Assembly: GCA_964016885.1 (NCBI GenBank)
Contig: OZ024757.1
Coordinates: forward strand, 20,894,001-20,958,000
Source of the DNA: Eledone cirrhosa
Taxonomy: Eukaryota
DNA length: 64,000 bases
Direction of reading: 5' to 3'
The position numbers and the translations under genes are program-made. The notes beneath the pieces were generated by a model. It was not told the DNA's origin and ran no database searches. It was given only the letters and a program-made list of their open reading frames with translations. This document shows positions 1 to 12,851 of this stretch, piece by piece (within the stretch, counting starts at the first letter, position 1; the number at the start of each line of letters is the position of its first letter).

Positions 1-59
1 CTCTAACCACTAAGCCAATGCCCCAAAGAAATCAACAAGCTACAAATGGATAAGTCATT

Positions 60-294
60 TTAGAAGTGGAAGAGATGAGGTTGAAGATGATCCCCAGTTG
101 AAGATGTAAAAAAGTTGCTTTGACATGGTTTAAATCATATGGCCTTCAGTTTTACACAGATGTACTTAAGGCTGTATCAACGCTTGCAGAAGTGTATTGA
201 CCTGGATGGAGCATATGTTGAAAAATAAACATCATAACTTAAACTGCTTTTTCCAACTTTCTTTTTCCCATGAACCTTTTGAACCACCCTTTTA
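60..294 (+). mobile_element. Tc1/mariner transposon remnant (transposase C-terminus and right TIR)
   Basis: Encodes ...QRLQKCIDLDGAYVEK* (mariner C-terminal motif), followed by TIR-like GAACCTTTTGAACCACCCT..TA. Confidence 0.7.
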
Positions 295-775
295 TATAAA
301 CTGAAAATCCCTTCACATAAACCCAAAGTTATCTCCCTGTTATTGTGTTTCCTGAATCAAGTTGGCTAACATCCATGTAATTTAAATGTCAGCCTCTGTA
401 ATTTGAAAAACAAAGCAAATTCTCACACACACAAACACATACACACACACACACACACACACAAATAAAGGCATAAAAATATGTTTACATTCACACACAC
501 ACATACACACACTCACCCACATGCATGTGTACCTATACATTTGCATAAATTCACAAATGAAAAATATGCCCACATTCACACATACACATAGATATACATT
601 AGCATATATAAAACATATACAAAAATAAGCATACATTCATACATGTAAACCCAAATCGATACATATACATACATAAAAAAACATGCTCACATTTACGCAC
701 ACACACATAATACACCCCACCATGAATAAACCCATACATCACTCTCTCTCTCTTCCTATAGAAATATATATATAT

Positions 776-855
<80 letters not shown>

Positions 856-1179
856 AATATATATGTATATAATAAATATATATGTATATATATATAATAA
901 ATATATATGTATATATGTGTATATATATTTACACACACATAAATACATACAAATATACTTGTATTCACAGTCATATGCCCACTACAATGGATACATATGC
1001 ATACACATACATAAAAATTTACACTCACACACATGTAAAAACGTATGTTTACATATACAAACACATCAATATTTAAATGCATACAAATACACATACCCAC
1101 CGCCCCGTAAGATTCACCCTCAAACACAGTTGGCCGTGTGTATGTGTATATGTATGTTTATGAGTGTGTGGAGAAAATA

Positions 1180-2050
1180 TCAGTAATGGAAAGACCAATG
1201 GAAACATTGATTCCTTGATCTGATCTGTTGATCAGCTCCTTTCTTCTGTCAGGAGTTGTGACTGACAGATAGTACCAACAATGGAAAGATCAATGGAAAC
1301 ATTGATTCCTTGATCTGATCTGTTGATCAGCTCCTTTCTTCTGTCAGGAGATGTGACTGACAGATAGTACCAACAATGGAAAGACCAATGGAAACATTGA
1401 TTCCTTGATCTGATCTGTTGATCAGCTCCTTTCTTCTGTCAGGAGTTGTGACTGACAGATAGTACCAACAATGGAAAGATCAATGGAAACATTGATTCCT
1501 TGATCTGATCTGTTGATCAGCTCCTTTCTTCTGTCAGGAGATGTGACTGACAGATAGTACCAACAATGGAAAGATCAATGGAAACATTGATTCCTTGATC
1601 TGATCTGTTGATCAGCTCCTTTCTTCTGTCAGGAGTTGTGACTGACAGATAGTACCAACAATGGAAAGATCAATGGAAACATTGATTCCTTGATCTGATC
1701 TGTTGATCAGCTCCTTTCTTCTGTCAGGAGATGTGACTGACAGATAGTACCAACAATGGAAAGATCAATGGAAACATTGATTCCTTGATCTGATCTGATG
1801 ATCAGCTCCTTTCTTCTGTCAGGAGATGTGACTGACATAGTATCAGTAATGGAAAGACCAATGGAAACATTGTTTCCTTGCTCTGATCTGATGATCAGCT
1901 CTTTTCTTCTGACAAGAGTTGTGACTGACAGATAGTATCAGTAATGGAAAGACCAATGGAAACATTGTTTCCTTGCTCTGATCTGATGATCAGCTCTTTT
2001 CTTCTGACAAGAGTTGTGACTGACAGATAGTATCAGCAATGGAAAGAACA
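1180..2050. repeat. 95-bp tandem repeat, ~9 copies
   Basis: atggaaaga recurs at 1186, 1281, 1376 and onward. Confidence 0.95.
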
Positions 2051-2764
2051 ATGGTGGTGGTGTTATCCTTGTCTGAACATATGAATGGAATTATAATTGA
2101 ATGCTTTACCATTTTAGCGAGAATACCGTTAATCATAGTCTGTCTGCTCTATAAGGGATGACCTGGGGTTGAACAACAACAATTGTTAGAACAACACTTA
2201 TCAGAGAAAAAGAAAGAAAGAGAGAGAGAAAGGAGGTTGTTACAGAATGGCAGTAGTATGAACAGTAATCTTAAAATATAGTTGAGACATATAAGTTACT
2301 CGAATATATCGAAGCTATTAAGCTAAACTCTGTCATTTCTCTCTACACTACACTACATTCCATAACTCTGACTCCACAATTGTATTTCAGTGCTATGTTT
2401 AGGCCAATGGTATGTCTGATATTTCTCATAATTCCTAATTATTTCATACTTGCTTAGCTCCCCAAGATATTTTTATGATAATTGACCTTTCAAACAAACA
2501 ATACATTTTCTTGTTTGTTTTATTCATTTATTTTGTTTTCAGTCAGCAATATTTTGGCAATGTTTTATGTATGTAATCACTAATGAACAAATGGTCTTAA
2601 ATTGCGAAGACCCACACCTAAAAAAATGGCATAGAGACTTTTCAATTATTTTCAGTAAATATCTAACCCTTTTGTTATCGATTCCTGAGCTGAGCTGGCC
2701 ATACTCTTCTGGAACAAAATATAGTATTTCATGTTGATTCTTTGTGACAAGTCTTGTAACTGTT

Positions 2765-3352
2765 AGATAATACCAGCAATGGTAAGACCAATGGAAACAT
2801 TGTTTCCTTGGTCTAATGTTGTGACCAGCAGATAGTACCAGCAATGGAAAGACCAATGGAAACATTGTTTCCTTGGTCTAATGTTGTGACCAGCAGATAG
2901 TACCAGCAATGGAAAGACCAATGGAAACATTGTTTCCTTGGTCTGATGTTGTGACCAGCAGATAGTATCAGCAATGGAAAGACCAATGGAAACATTGTTT
3001 CCTTGGTCTGATGTTGTGACCAGCAGATAGTATCAGCAATGGAAAGACCAATGGAAACATTGTTTCCTTGGTCTAATGTTGTGACCAGCAGATAGTACCA
3101 GCAATGGAAAGACCAATGGAAACATTGTTTCCTTGGTCTAATGTTGTGACCAGCAGATAGTACCAGCAATGGAAAGACCAATGGAAACATTGTTTCCTTG
3201 GTCTAATGTTGTGACCAGCAGATAGTACCAGCAATGGAAAGACCAATGGAAACATTGTTTCCTTGGTCTAATGTTGTGACCAGCAGATAGTACCAGCTAT
3301 GGAAAGACCAATGGAAACATTGTTTCCTTGGTCTGATCTGACGATCAGCTCC
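2765..3352. repeat. 65-bp tandem repeat, ~9 copies, related to the 95-bp unit
   Basis: atggaaacat recurs at 2791, 2856, 2921; shares gatagtacca.caatggaaagaccaatggaaacattg.ttccttg with the 95-bp array. Confidence 0.95.
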
Positions 3353-3812
3353 TATTCTTTCTATATTTATCTATTTATGGTTGCTTTATTGAACTTTTAT
3401 TGTGATGGTCATGGTAAAGTGATTTTGTGTTCAAACCATAGCTGATATGTTTCCACTTGTAAACGGATGGGTGGGGTAGGTTGGAGTGATGGGGAACAAA
3501 CAAAAACAAACAACAGACATGAACTTCATCAAAATCAATAACCAAGTAAATATTGATTGATTTCTCGTTCCATCATGTCTTCCTCACAACGGCCCTTTGT
3601 GAAATGTCTAACTTATATGTGAGTGTAGTTGTCTATATGTGTGAGTGTGTGTAGTTGTTTATATGTATGTGTGTGTGCAGCTGTGTGAGTGTAGTTGTCT
3701 ATATATGTGAAAGTGTGAGTGCGTGTGTAGTTGTGTGCCTGTAGTTGTATGAGTGAATGGCTGTGTGTGTGTATGTTATTTCATTACAATATCTATCTGT
3801 CTATCAACCTAA

Positions 3813-3819
<7 letters not shown>

Positions 3820-3873
<54 letters not shown>

Positions 3874-4140
3874 TCTGTCTACCAGTCTACCCGTCTATCT
3901 GTCTATCAGTCTATCAGTCTGTCTACCTGTCCACCTGTCTATCAGTCTGTCTACCTGTCTATCAGTCTGTCTACCAGTCTACCTGTCTATCAGTCTGTCT
4001 ACCAGTCTACCTGTCTATCAATATGTCTACCAGTCTACCTGTCTATCAATATGTCTACCAGTCTACCAGTCTACCTGTCTACCAGTCTATCTGTCTGTCT
4101 ACCTGTCTATCAGTCTCTCTCTTTCTTACTCTGTCTGTCT
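3820..4140. repeat. (CT)n plus degenerate (GTCT/CTAT/CTAC) low-complexity repeat
   Basis: Direct reading. Confidence 0.9.
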
Positions 4141-4291
4141 CTGTCTACCCCTTTCCCCCCTCTCTCTCTCTCTTACAACTTATCTTTCTCCTCCCTCTCC
4201 CCCTCCCACCAACCCCCTCTCTCAGTATTGAACAGAATAAAATTGATTTGATTTTTCACAATCACTTGTACAGCCATCCAATAACAATCAA

Positions 4292-5350
4292 TTGTTGGTG
4301 GTGACAGTGTTGGTGGTGGTGATGGTGGTGTTGGTGGTGGTGGTGTTGTTTGTGTTGGTGGTGATGGTGATGGTGTTGGTGGTGACAGTGGTGGTGGTGG
4401 TGGTGGTGGTTACAGTGTTGGTGGTGGTGTTGGTGTTGGTGGTGTTGGTGTTGGTGGTGGTGGTGTTGTTTGTGTTGGTGGTGATGGTGATGGTGTTGGT
4501 GGTGACAGTGGTGGTGGTGGTGGTGGTGGTTACAGTGTTGGTGGTGGTGTTGGTGGTGGTGACAGTGTTGGTGGTGGTGGTGGTGTTGGTGGTGGTGGTG
4601 GTGTTGGTGGTGGTGGTGGTGGTGGTGGTGGTGGTGGTGACAGTGTTGGTGGTGGTGGTGGTGGTGTTGTTTGTGTTGGTGGTGATGGTGATGGTGTTGG
4701 TGGTGACAGTGGTGGTGGTGGTGGTGGTGGTTACAGTGTTGGTGGTGGTGTTGGTGGTGGTGACAGTGTTGGTGGTGGTGGTGGTGTTGGTGGTGGTGGT
4801 GGTGTTGGTGGTGGTGGTGGTGGTGGTGGTGGTGGTGGTGACAGTGTTGGTGGTGGTGGTGGTGGTGTTGTTGGTGTTGGTGGTGATGGTGTTGGTGGTG
4901 ACAGTGGTGGTGGTGGTGTTGGTGTTTGTGGTGTTGGTGGTGACAGTGGTGGTGGTGGTGGTGTTGGTGTTCGTGGTGGTGGTGTTGGTGGTGGTGGTTA
5001 CAGTGTTGGTGGTGGTGGTGGTGTTGGTGGTGGTGACAGTGTTGGTGGTGGTGATGGTGTTGGTGGTGACAGTGGTGGTGGTGGTGGTGGTGGTGGTGGT
5101 TACAGTGGTGGTGGTGGTGGTGGTGGTGTTGGTGTTCGTGGTGGTGGTGTTGGTGGTGGTGGTGGTGGTGGTGGTTAGGGTGTTGGTGGTGGTGTTGGTG
5201 TTGGTGGTGGCGACAGTGTTGGTGGTGGTGACAGTGTTTGTGGTAGTGGTGGTGTTGATGGTGGTGGTGTTGGTGTTGATGATGGTGGTGTTGGTGGTAG
5301 TGTTGATGGAGTGTTGTTGATGTTGGTGGTGTGTTGTTGATGTTGGTATG
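4292..5350. repeat. Compound (GGT/GTT)n trinucleotide array
   Basis: Direct reading; source of spurious poly-V/poly-T ORFs. Confidence 0.95.
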
Positions 5351-6039
5351 GTGATGCAGGTGGTGTTGTCATTGGTGATGTAGTACATTCATTGTGGCGG
5401 TGGTAGAAATTAGTTTCCTCTCACATGTTAGCAAACTTAGCAATATACATACCCCAAACCCCACCAAAAAAAACAACAAGCAAACACACGAAATGATAAA
5501 AACAATATAAATTAATAATTTTATGACTATTTTACAGCTTTCTTATAATCAATAAATGATCTTATATTGGTTAACTAATGACAAGGCAGCAAACTGGCAG
5601 AGTCTGAAAATGTTAGAATGAGTTGCAGTATTTATTACAGCACTCTGCATTCTCAGTTCAAATCCTGCCACGGTCAACGTTTACCTTTCGTATTTTCCGG
5701 GTGTTTTTTTGAAGACCAGCGGCCACCCATGCATACTTGAACCCCCCCCCTCTCTATGTCACCGATGTGGTCCAATACGGCTTGGTAACAGTGACATCAC
5801 TACACCTACATACACTAGATATATATACTACATACACTATATATACACTATATACGATATTGTACAAGATAAAAGACACAAGCTGACAAAGCTGTGTACC
5901 GGTGACACTGCAATTCATGTATACACTATAAATACACCACGTCTACTTAATATATATACATTGTATACTCTCTATATACTACATATGATGTTGTCCAAGG
6001 GAAAGGCAATGGAAAATACAGCTTGGTACCAGTGATGTC

Positions 6040-6177
6040 ACAACTCATTTCTACAGTAAACTGGAGCAATGGGAAATAAAGTGTCTTGCTCAAGGACACA
6101 GCACATTATCCGGAAATCAAACTTACAACCTCACAATTCTGAATCTAATACTTTAACCACTGAGCCATGCACCTTCA
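6040..6177 (-). mobile_element. tRNA-derived SINE, 5' half (diverged)
   Basis: Reverse complement of head and CORE-like ccttgagcaagacactttattt block seen in full copies. Confidence 0.75.
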
Positions 6178-6479
6178 CAAACATACACATACATACACTC
6201 ATATAGACTTCATGCACATACACTCACATCCACAAACATAAACTCATATACACTTTCACAGACATACACAAACACACACATATACATAGATACAACAATA
6301 TAGGTATTGACGATTACAAGAAGGGGTGAGGGGGGAAATTATGACTAGAGAACTACAGAACAATATGTCTTCCTCAATACCTGACACCATAAACTGGGGT
6401 AAAATGGTAACGGATAAAATAGATTTTTTTTTCTTATTCACTCCTCCATTAGATCATAACCCAGCTGTGTGTAGAACGC

Positions 6480-7110
6480 TTGTGTAGATTAGAAATAAAT
6501 GAAGCTTGCATGCTCCGATGGATGTGTAATAGTAATATACATGAACAGCAAAGCATAAACGAATTGAGAGAGAGACTGAGCATAAAAGGTATCAAATGCT
6601 GTGTGCAGGAGAGGACGTTGTGTTTGTATGGACATGTGATGTGTATGAAGGATGACAGCTGCATAAAAAGGTGCAGAGCACTAAAAGTTGATGGAAGCCG
6701 TGGAGTGGGGAGACCCAAGAAGACCTGGGATGAGGTGATAAAGGCCGACATTACCCAATTGCACCTCTCAACGATGATGACACAGGACCAAGACCAAGAC
6801 CTCTGGCGTCACACAGTAATATAGAAGACCCGACCCCCCACGAGAACAAGCTGAAGCTGAAGCATATAGACAATATGCCCCGATCCCCTCCCACTGCAAA
6901 GTAGACGTGTAGGTGTCATGGCAAAAAGCACCCAGCACTCACTGTAAATGAGGTTGGTGTTAGGAAGAGCATCCAGCTGTAGAAATCAAGCCAAATCAGT
7001 TCCCGTATGAGCAAGACAAGGTCACCCAACCTAGCATTGCCCACAACAGGACAACCCGTCTAACCCATGCTAGCATGGAAGAATGGATGTAAAACGGTGA
7101 TGATGATGAT
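6480..7110 (+). mobile_element. RTE-clade LINE 3' end (C-terminal ORF remnant, 3' UTR, (ATG)n tail)
   Basis: MLRWMC...YGHVM...GSRGVGRPKKTWDEVIKAD, paralogous to ORF 60793-61776; ends cccatgctagcatgg...gatgatgat. Confidence 0.85.
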
Positions 7111-7238
7111 ATGTTATGCACACACACATAAATATATACACATATATATATATGTATATATATATACACACACATGTATATATATAGACATATATATATA
7201 TACACACACGTGTGTGTATATATATATACATATACACA

Positions 7239-7283
<45 letters not shown>

Positions 7284-7298
7284 GTGTATTTATATATA

Positions 7299-7440
7299 AT
7301 TATTCCTACTTTTGGCACAAGGCCAGCAATTATCCCAGTGCATTACTGGTACTTTATTTTATCGACCCCATAAGGATGAAAGGTAAAGTTAACCTCGGCG
7401 GGATTTGAACTCAGTCCGTAAAGGGACGTAACTACGCTGC
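7299..7440 (-). mobile_element. Meta-domain-type SINE fragment
   Basis: Reverse complement of cctttcatccttatggggtcgataaaataaagtaccag block. Confidence 0.8.
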
Positions 7441-7625
7441 ATATATTTATATATAAGTCTGCACTCCTCTACCCCTAAATTAAATTTCTACTACTACTAT
7501 TCTATCAACTTTACCTCTTACTACTTTTCTATTGGTCAATTCAAAACCTGTTCCAAAGCAGACCTTTTATATTAAATCTTTGTTGGTTTTTTTCAATAAA
7601 CAAATCTCATCATTTCTGAAGACAG

Positions 7626-7977
7626 CATCATTTCATCATCATCATCATTTCATTTTACGTCCGCTTTTTCCCTGCTTGCAAGGGAGGGACGGGAACTGAT
7701 GCTGGCTTGATCTCTACGGCTGGATGCCCTTCCTAACACCAACCTCATTTTACAGTGAGTGCTGGGTGCTTTTTTGCCGTGGCACCTCCACGACCACTTT
7801 GCAGTGGAATGATAGGGACCCCAGTCCTTATCATCTCATTTCTACAGCTGAGTAAACTGGAGCAATGTGAAATAAAGTGTCTTGCTCAAGGAAACAACAC
7901 ATCACCCGGTCTGAGAATTGAACTCACAACCTTTCGATTGCAAGGCCAATGCTCTAACCACTAAGCCATGTGCCTCC
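7626..7977 (-). mobile_element. Full-length tRNA-derived SINE with RTE-type tail (family 1)
   Basis: Head ggaggcacatggcttagtggttagagc...gagttcaatt (A/B boxes), internal hairpin, (ATG)n tail; at least 7 near-identical copies in window. Confidence 0.9.
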
Positions 7978-8156
7978 ATATATATGTGAAGGTGTGTATA
8001 TTTCCTCTGATACTTTGTAATATTTTTACATAGATCTATATGATATACATACCAACACACACACATATATCCTAGAAATGATCGTAAAATGATGAATTTT
8101 TTAATATAAGGAACTTGTTCTTTGTTTTTATTCATTGTTTTTATTAATTTATATAT

Positions 8157-8188
<32 letters not shown>

Positions 8189-8189
8189 T

Positions 8190-8405
8190 TATATTTTATA
8201 GAAGGAGCTTCTACAGGACTAGTACTGTTTCATTCAGATGAAATCTTCAGGAAGCTAGGTGTCATTAAGTTCTGGCTGAAGATTTCATCTGAATGAAACA
8301 GTACTAGTCCTGTAGAAGCTCCTTCTATAAAATAAAAAATTTTACTCTGCCATGTATTGAGTACCTTACTTACTGTGGTTATCCCCGACTCAACCCCGGA
8401 CCTAC
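8190..8405. mobile_element. Fold-back Penelope-like terminal remnant (family A)
   Basis: Inverted arms ~8195-8250 and 8276-8332 plus unique tail, flanked by (TA)n; related copies at 12900-13075 and 24890-25090. Confidence 0.7.
8206..8256 (-). ncRNA. Type I hammerhead ribozyme (family A)
   Basis: Minus strand: AGCUUC-CUGAAGA-U UUCA UC UGAA U-GAAA-CAG UACUAGUC CUG-UA-GAAGCU; 6-bp stem I. Confidence 0.8.
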
Positions 8406-8406
8406 G

Positions 8407-8429
<23 letters not shown>

Positions 8430-8437
<8 letters not shown>

Positions 8438-8920
8438 ACTTTGGGAGGGTCATGTTGCCAATAAGAAACACACGCACCAGTTGCTTTCACTTCAATTTAT
8501 TATATATTTATAAATTTATAAATTTACAAATCTACAAACTTATAAATTTCTGGTTGGTTGGTTGGTTCCACAACCAGATAGTTGTTTATATATAGTCATA
8601 GTCCTTTCGTCACACACTCTGTGACCTCTGTCCTACGCCATTTTGTTTCTGAAACAAAATGGCGTAGGACAGAAGAAAGGAAAGGCACAGAAACAAAGAA
8701 AGGAATCCCCAGTCACTGAAGAGGTCACAGAGTGTGTGACGAAAGGACTATGACTATATATAAACAACTATCTGGTTGTGGAACCAACCAACCAACCAGA
8801 AATTTATAAGTTTGTAGATTTGTAAATTTATAAATTTATAAATATATAATAAATTGAAGTGAAAGCAACTGGTGCGTGTGTTTCTTATTGGCAACATGAC
8901 CCTCCCAAAGTATAACAATA
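8430..8920. mobile_element. Fold-back element with ~200-bp inverted arms (family B)
   Basis: 8430-8628 is the reverse complement of 8721-8920; nested perfect hairpin at 8627-8673. Confidence 0.8.
8711..8755 (+). ncRNA. Minimal type I hammerhead ribozyme (family B)
   Basis: AGUCA-CUGAAGA-G GUCACA GAGUG UGUGAC-GAAA-GGAC-UA-UGACU. Confidence 0.85.
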
Positions 8921-8975
8921 TCGGTTTCAACACACGATTTCAGATAAAGAATCTTGCTAAACAAATTCAGAAACG

Positions 8976-9009
<34 letters not shown>

Positions 9010-9216
9010 TAATGAATATTTTGATGCTTAACTGATTCCAGATGGACACTTGTAACAACAGCCAACAGTTCTCCAGCTGACAGTAATAGGTTGGTCATAT
9101 TGGTGGCTTCTCCTACCTCAATTATTATAATACAGCTTGCAATCATTACAACTGACATTCTAACATTCTAGCACAGCTCAATGTTTTATCACCTCCACCT
9201 CCTCCTTTCTAGCATA

Positions 9217-9248
<32 letters not shown>

Positions 9249-9584
9249 GGGTAATATCAACTAGGAGCAGTTCCCTAATAGTGAGGGTAATATAGTTTCG
9301 GGTAATTCCAGGGAGAAGCCAGCACAAAACCCTAGAATATTCATTGGAAGATCCCTTTTCTTTTCTCCTGCTTGATGATAATAATGATTTCTAGTATAGG
9401 CAAAGGGCCAGCAATTTGGGGGGAAGGTAAAGTCAATTAAATTGCCCCCAGTGCATTACTGGTGCTTTATTTTATCCAACCCTAGAAAGATGAAAGGCAA
9501 AGCTAACCTCGGTGGGATTTGATCTCAGAACTAGGTTAGCTTTGCCTTTCATTGTTATGGGGTTGGATAAAATATATATATATG

Positions 9585-9668
<84 letters not shown>

Positions 9669-9699
9669 TTAGTTAAGCAAAACAAGACCACAAATATAT

Positions 9700-9892
9700 A
9701 TAGGCAAAGGTATGACCCCGACGGTAGAGCTCAAGCCGTTTCGACGGCTATTTCTGGACTGAAATAGCCGTCGAAATGGCTTGAGCTCTACTGTCGGGGT
9801 CATACCTTTTCCTATTACTCACTCTACTACCCTAAGTATTGAGTACTTTGGTGCGTTATGGTCCATGTGGTTCCTTACCACAACTCCTTCGT
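9700..9892. mobile_element. Fold-back element (family C), 3' half of hammerhead only
   Basis: Arms ~9700-9754 and 9761-9814; tagccgtcgaaatggcttgagctctactgtcgggg matches 55828-55862. Confidence 0.75.
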
Positions 9893-9893
9893 G

Positions 9894-9930
<37 letters not shown>

Positions 9931-10033
9931 TTGTCTTTATTTGTTAATTTTTCATTCGCACCATTTCCTTTCGCTATATGTCTATCCACCACTCCCCTAC
10001 ACACCTTTTGAACTCTGTTCCCACACACTTCTC

Positions 10034-10065
10034 ACCTGAAGAAGGGCTTATGCCCGAAACGTCGT
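10034..10065 (+). ncRNA. Minimal hammerhead motif (family D)
   Basis: CUGAAGA-A GGGC UUAU GCCC-GAAAC-GUC; stem I only 2 bp. Confidence 0.65.
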
Positions 10066-10151
10066 CCCCCACCTACCCCCCACTCTCCTGAGCGTGAATT
10101 TAATAAACATTTATTGTACTGCCTCTCTGTTCTGTCCCTATTCAATTTTTC

Positions 10152-10188
<37 letters not shown>

Positions 10189-10435
10189 CACACACATATA
10201 TATATACACACACACAAATCTCTTCCCATCTCCCTAGCTTAGTGACCTCCTCACCCCCATTTCAACTACGTTTGTGCTATCTCCTGAACTATGTCTCCTC
10301 TCTTTAACTCTTCATACTTCTATTTCATTCAACAGCTGATATTCAGACATTCTTCTTTGCATGCTAGATGACATTGTTCTCATTTTTATCCTCCATTTTC
10401 TCAGAAAGAAGATAATTAAGTAGAAATATCTATGT

Positions 10436-10635
10436 GATGAATTGGCAGAGATGTTGGAATATTGGGTAGAGTGCTTTGCAAGTATTCATTTCAGCTCTCT
10501 TCTTTCTGGGTTCAAATCCTGCAGAGGTCAACTTTGACTTTCATCAATTCGATGTGTAGGAAATAAAATACCAGTGAAGTACTGGGTGGGACAATACAGT
10601 TGACTTTAGTCTCCACTAAATTTCTCGACACATAC
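10436..10635 (+). mobile_element. Diverged Meta-type SINE, interrupted by a family 1 SINE
   Basis: ttggcagag...gggttcaaatcc...actttcatc...gaaataaaataccag; tail resumes after 10962. Confidence 0.6.
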
Positions 10636-10963
10636 CTTAGTGGTTAGAGCATTGGCCTTGCAATCGAAAAGGTTGTGAGTTCAATTCTCAGACCGGCTGA
10701 TGTGTTGTTTCCTTGAGCAAGACACTTTATTTCACATTGCTCCAGTTTACTCAGCTGTAGAAATGAGATGATAGGGACTGGGGTCCCTATCATTCCACTG
10801 CAAAGTGGTCGTGGAGGTGCCACGGCAAAAAAAGCACCCAGCACTCACTGTAAATGAGGTTGGTGTTAGGAAGGGCATCCAGCTGTAGAAATCAAGCCAG
10901 AATCAGTTCCTGTCCCACCCTTGCAAGCAGGGAAAAGCGGACTTATGATGAAATGATGATGAT
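10636..10963 (+). mobile_element. SINE family 1
   Basis: Near-identical to other copies; flanked by atacct repeats. Confidence 0.9.
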
Positions 10964-11097
10964 ACCTAAATTAGAAATCAAGATGGCCGACTGAATACGC
11001 ATATGGGTTTTTTTTTCTCCACTATTTTTTTCTCATTTTTCCTGTTCCTTCCTATCATCACTCTTTACTTTCTATTTATCTTCTAATTCTAACTCTA

Positions 11098-11133
11098 TCT
11101 TCTGATGAAGGACTAGTGTCCGAAACGTTAAGA
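11098..11133 (+). ncRNA. Minimal hammerhead ribozyme (family E)
   Basis: UCUU-CUGAUGA-A GGAC UAGU GUCC-GAAACG-UU-AAGA; decayed copies at 11522-11557 and 43075-43110 in similar flanks. Confidence 0.75.
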
Positions 11134-11962
11134 CTCTCTTCCTGCTATTTCAAGCGTTAAACTAATATATTTCTTCCATGTAATGTGCTATTTGTTTTGT
11201 TATTTTTATTATTTCTGTTTAACTTTTACGCACACATATACAAATACATAAATATATACAGCTACACATGTATACACACACATAAATATATATATATATA
11301 GATGATGATGATGATGATCATCATCATTTTACGTCCGCTTTTCCCTGCTTGCAAGGGTGGGACGGGTCTTATATATATAACGGATCATGTATATATATAT
11401 ATATATATATACATACATATGTATATGTCTGACTGAATATGCAGGTGTATTTTTTTCTCAATTTCTTTCCCATTCCTTCCTCTTCTCACTCTTTCTATTT
11501 CATCTTATATTTCTCATTCTATCTTCTGATGAAAGACTAGTGTTCAAAACATTAAGCCTCTTTTCCTATTATTTCAAGTCTTAAACTAATATATCTCTTC
11601 ATTGTACTGTGTTGTTTGCTTTGTTATTTCTGTTTACATCCATTTGTTTAGTTATATTCATAAGAAGACATAATTGTTTCAATGTGAATGCAGTATATTA
11701 TATAAATAAATAAATCTAAATAAAGAAAGTATGAGGTAATTATAAGATGTATTGTTCATTATAACCCTGTAAAAATGTTGAAATGTTTGCTAAAACAAGA
11801 CTGCTTTGATGAAATAAAGTGTTAGGGTGAGGATGGTGAGTGTGTCATGGCAAGGATTTATTATACTTAGGGTGAAAGCAGAAATTCTTTGCTTAAACTT
11901 TCATCTCTGCTAATAATAAATATTTCCACTATGTGTTTGTATATATATATATATATATATAT

Positions 11963-12290
11963 ATCATCATCATTTTACGTCTGCTTTTCCCTGCTTGCAA
12001 GGGTTGGACGGGTCCTATTCAACACAGCATCTCTCTACTTGTCACAGTCCTTCATCATCTCCTCGGTGAGTTTCAGCGATCTGAGGTCTGCTCTCACCAC
12101 CTCCGCCCATGTTTTTCGTGGTCTTCCTCTACTGCGTCTTCCTTCTACTGGGATTTCTTGGCACTTCTTCACCCATCGGTCATGCGCATCACATGTCCAT
12201 ACCATCTCAGCCTTCTCTCCTGCACACCACAACTTATCCCTCTTATACCCAGTTTCTTTCTCAACTCATCTATGCTTATTGAGTCCTCTC
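11963..12290 (-). mobile_element. RTE-clade LINE 3' end (second family)
   Basis: WVKKCQEIPVEGRRSRGRPRKTWAEVVRADL, then cccttgcaagcagggaaaagcagacgtaaaatgatg. Confidence 0.8.
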
Positions 12291-12522
12291 CGGGTTTCAG
12301 TGTTTGTATTTCTCATTACTACTATATATATATATATATATTAATATCATCATCATCCTCATCGTTTAATGTCTATCTTCCACGCTAGCATGGGTTAGAC
12401 AGGAATTGTCCTACTTGAGGCACGACTACTCAGGTGACCGTGTTTCGATCGTATAGGACTATCTGGCAGGTTTTCTACGGCTGGATGCCCTTCCTAACAC
12501 CATATAATATATATATATATAT

Positions 12523-12851
12523 GGAGGCACATGGCTTAGTGGTTAGAGCATTGGCCTTGCAATCGAAAGGTTGTGAGTTCAATTCTCAGACCGGGTGATG
12601 TATTGTTTCCTTGAGCAAGACACTTTATTTCACATTGCTCCAGTTTACTCAGCTGTAGAAATGAGATGATAGGGACTGGGGTCCCTATCATTCCACTGTA
12701 AAGTGGTCGTGGAGGTGCCACGGCAAAAAAGCACCCAGCACTCACTGTAAATGAGGTTGGTGTTAGGAAGGGCATCCAGCTGTAGAAATCAAGCCAGAAT
12801 CAGTTCCCGTCCAACCCTTGCAAGCAGGGAAAAGCGGACGTAAAATGATGA

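Noticed and set aside
1795-2050. CTGATGA and GAAAC inside the 95-bp repeat as a satellite hammerhead
   Set aside because: Stem II does not close onto GAAA, and most copies read CTGTTGA.
12523-12600. SINE heads as tRNA genes
   Set aside because: A and B boxes are present, but there is no full cloverleaf and they continue into the SINE body.
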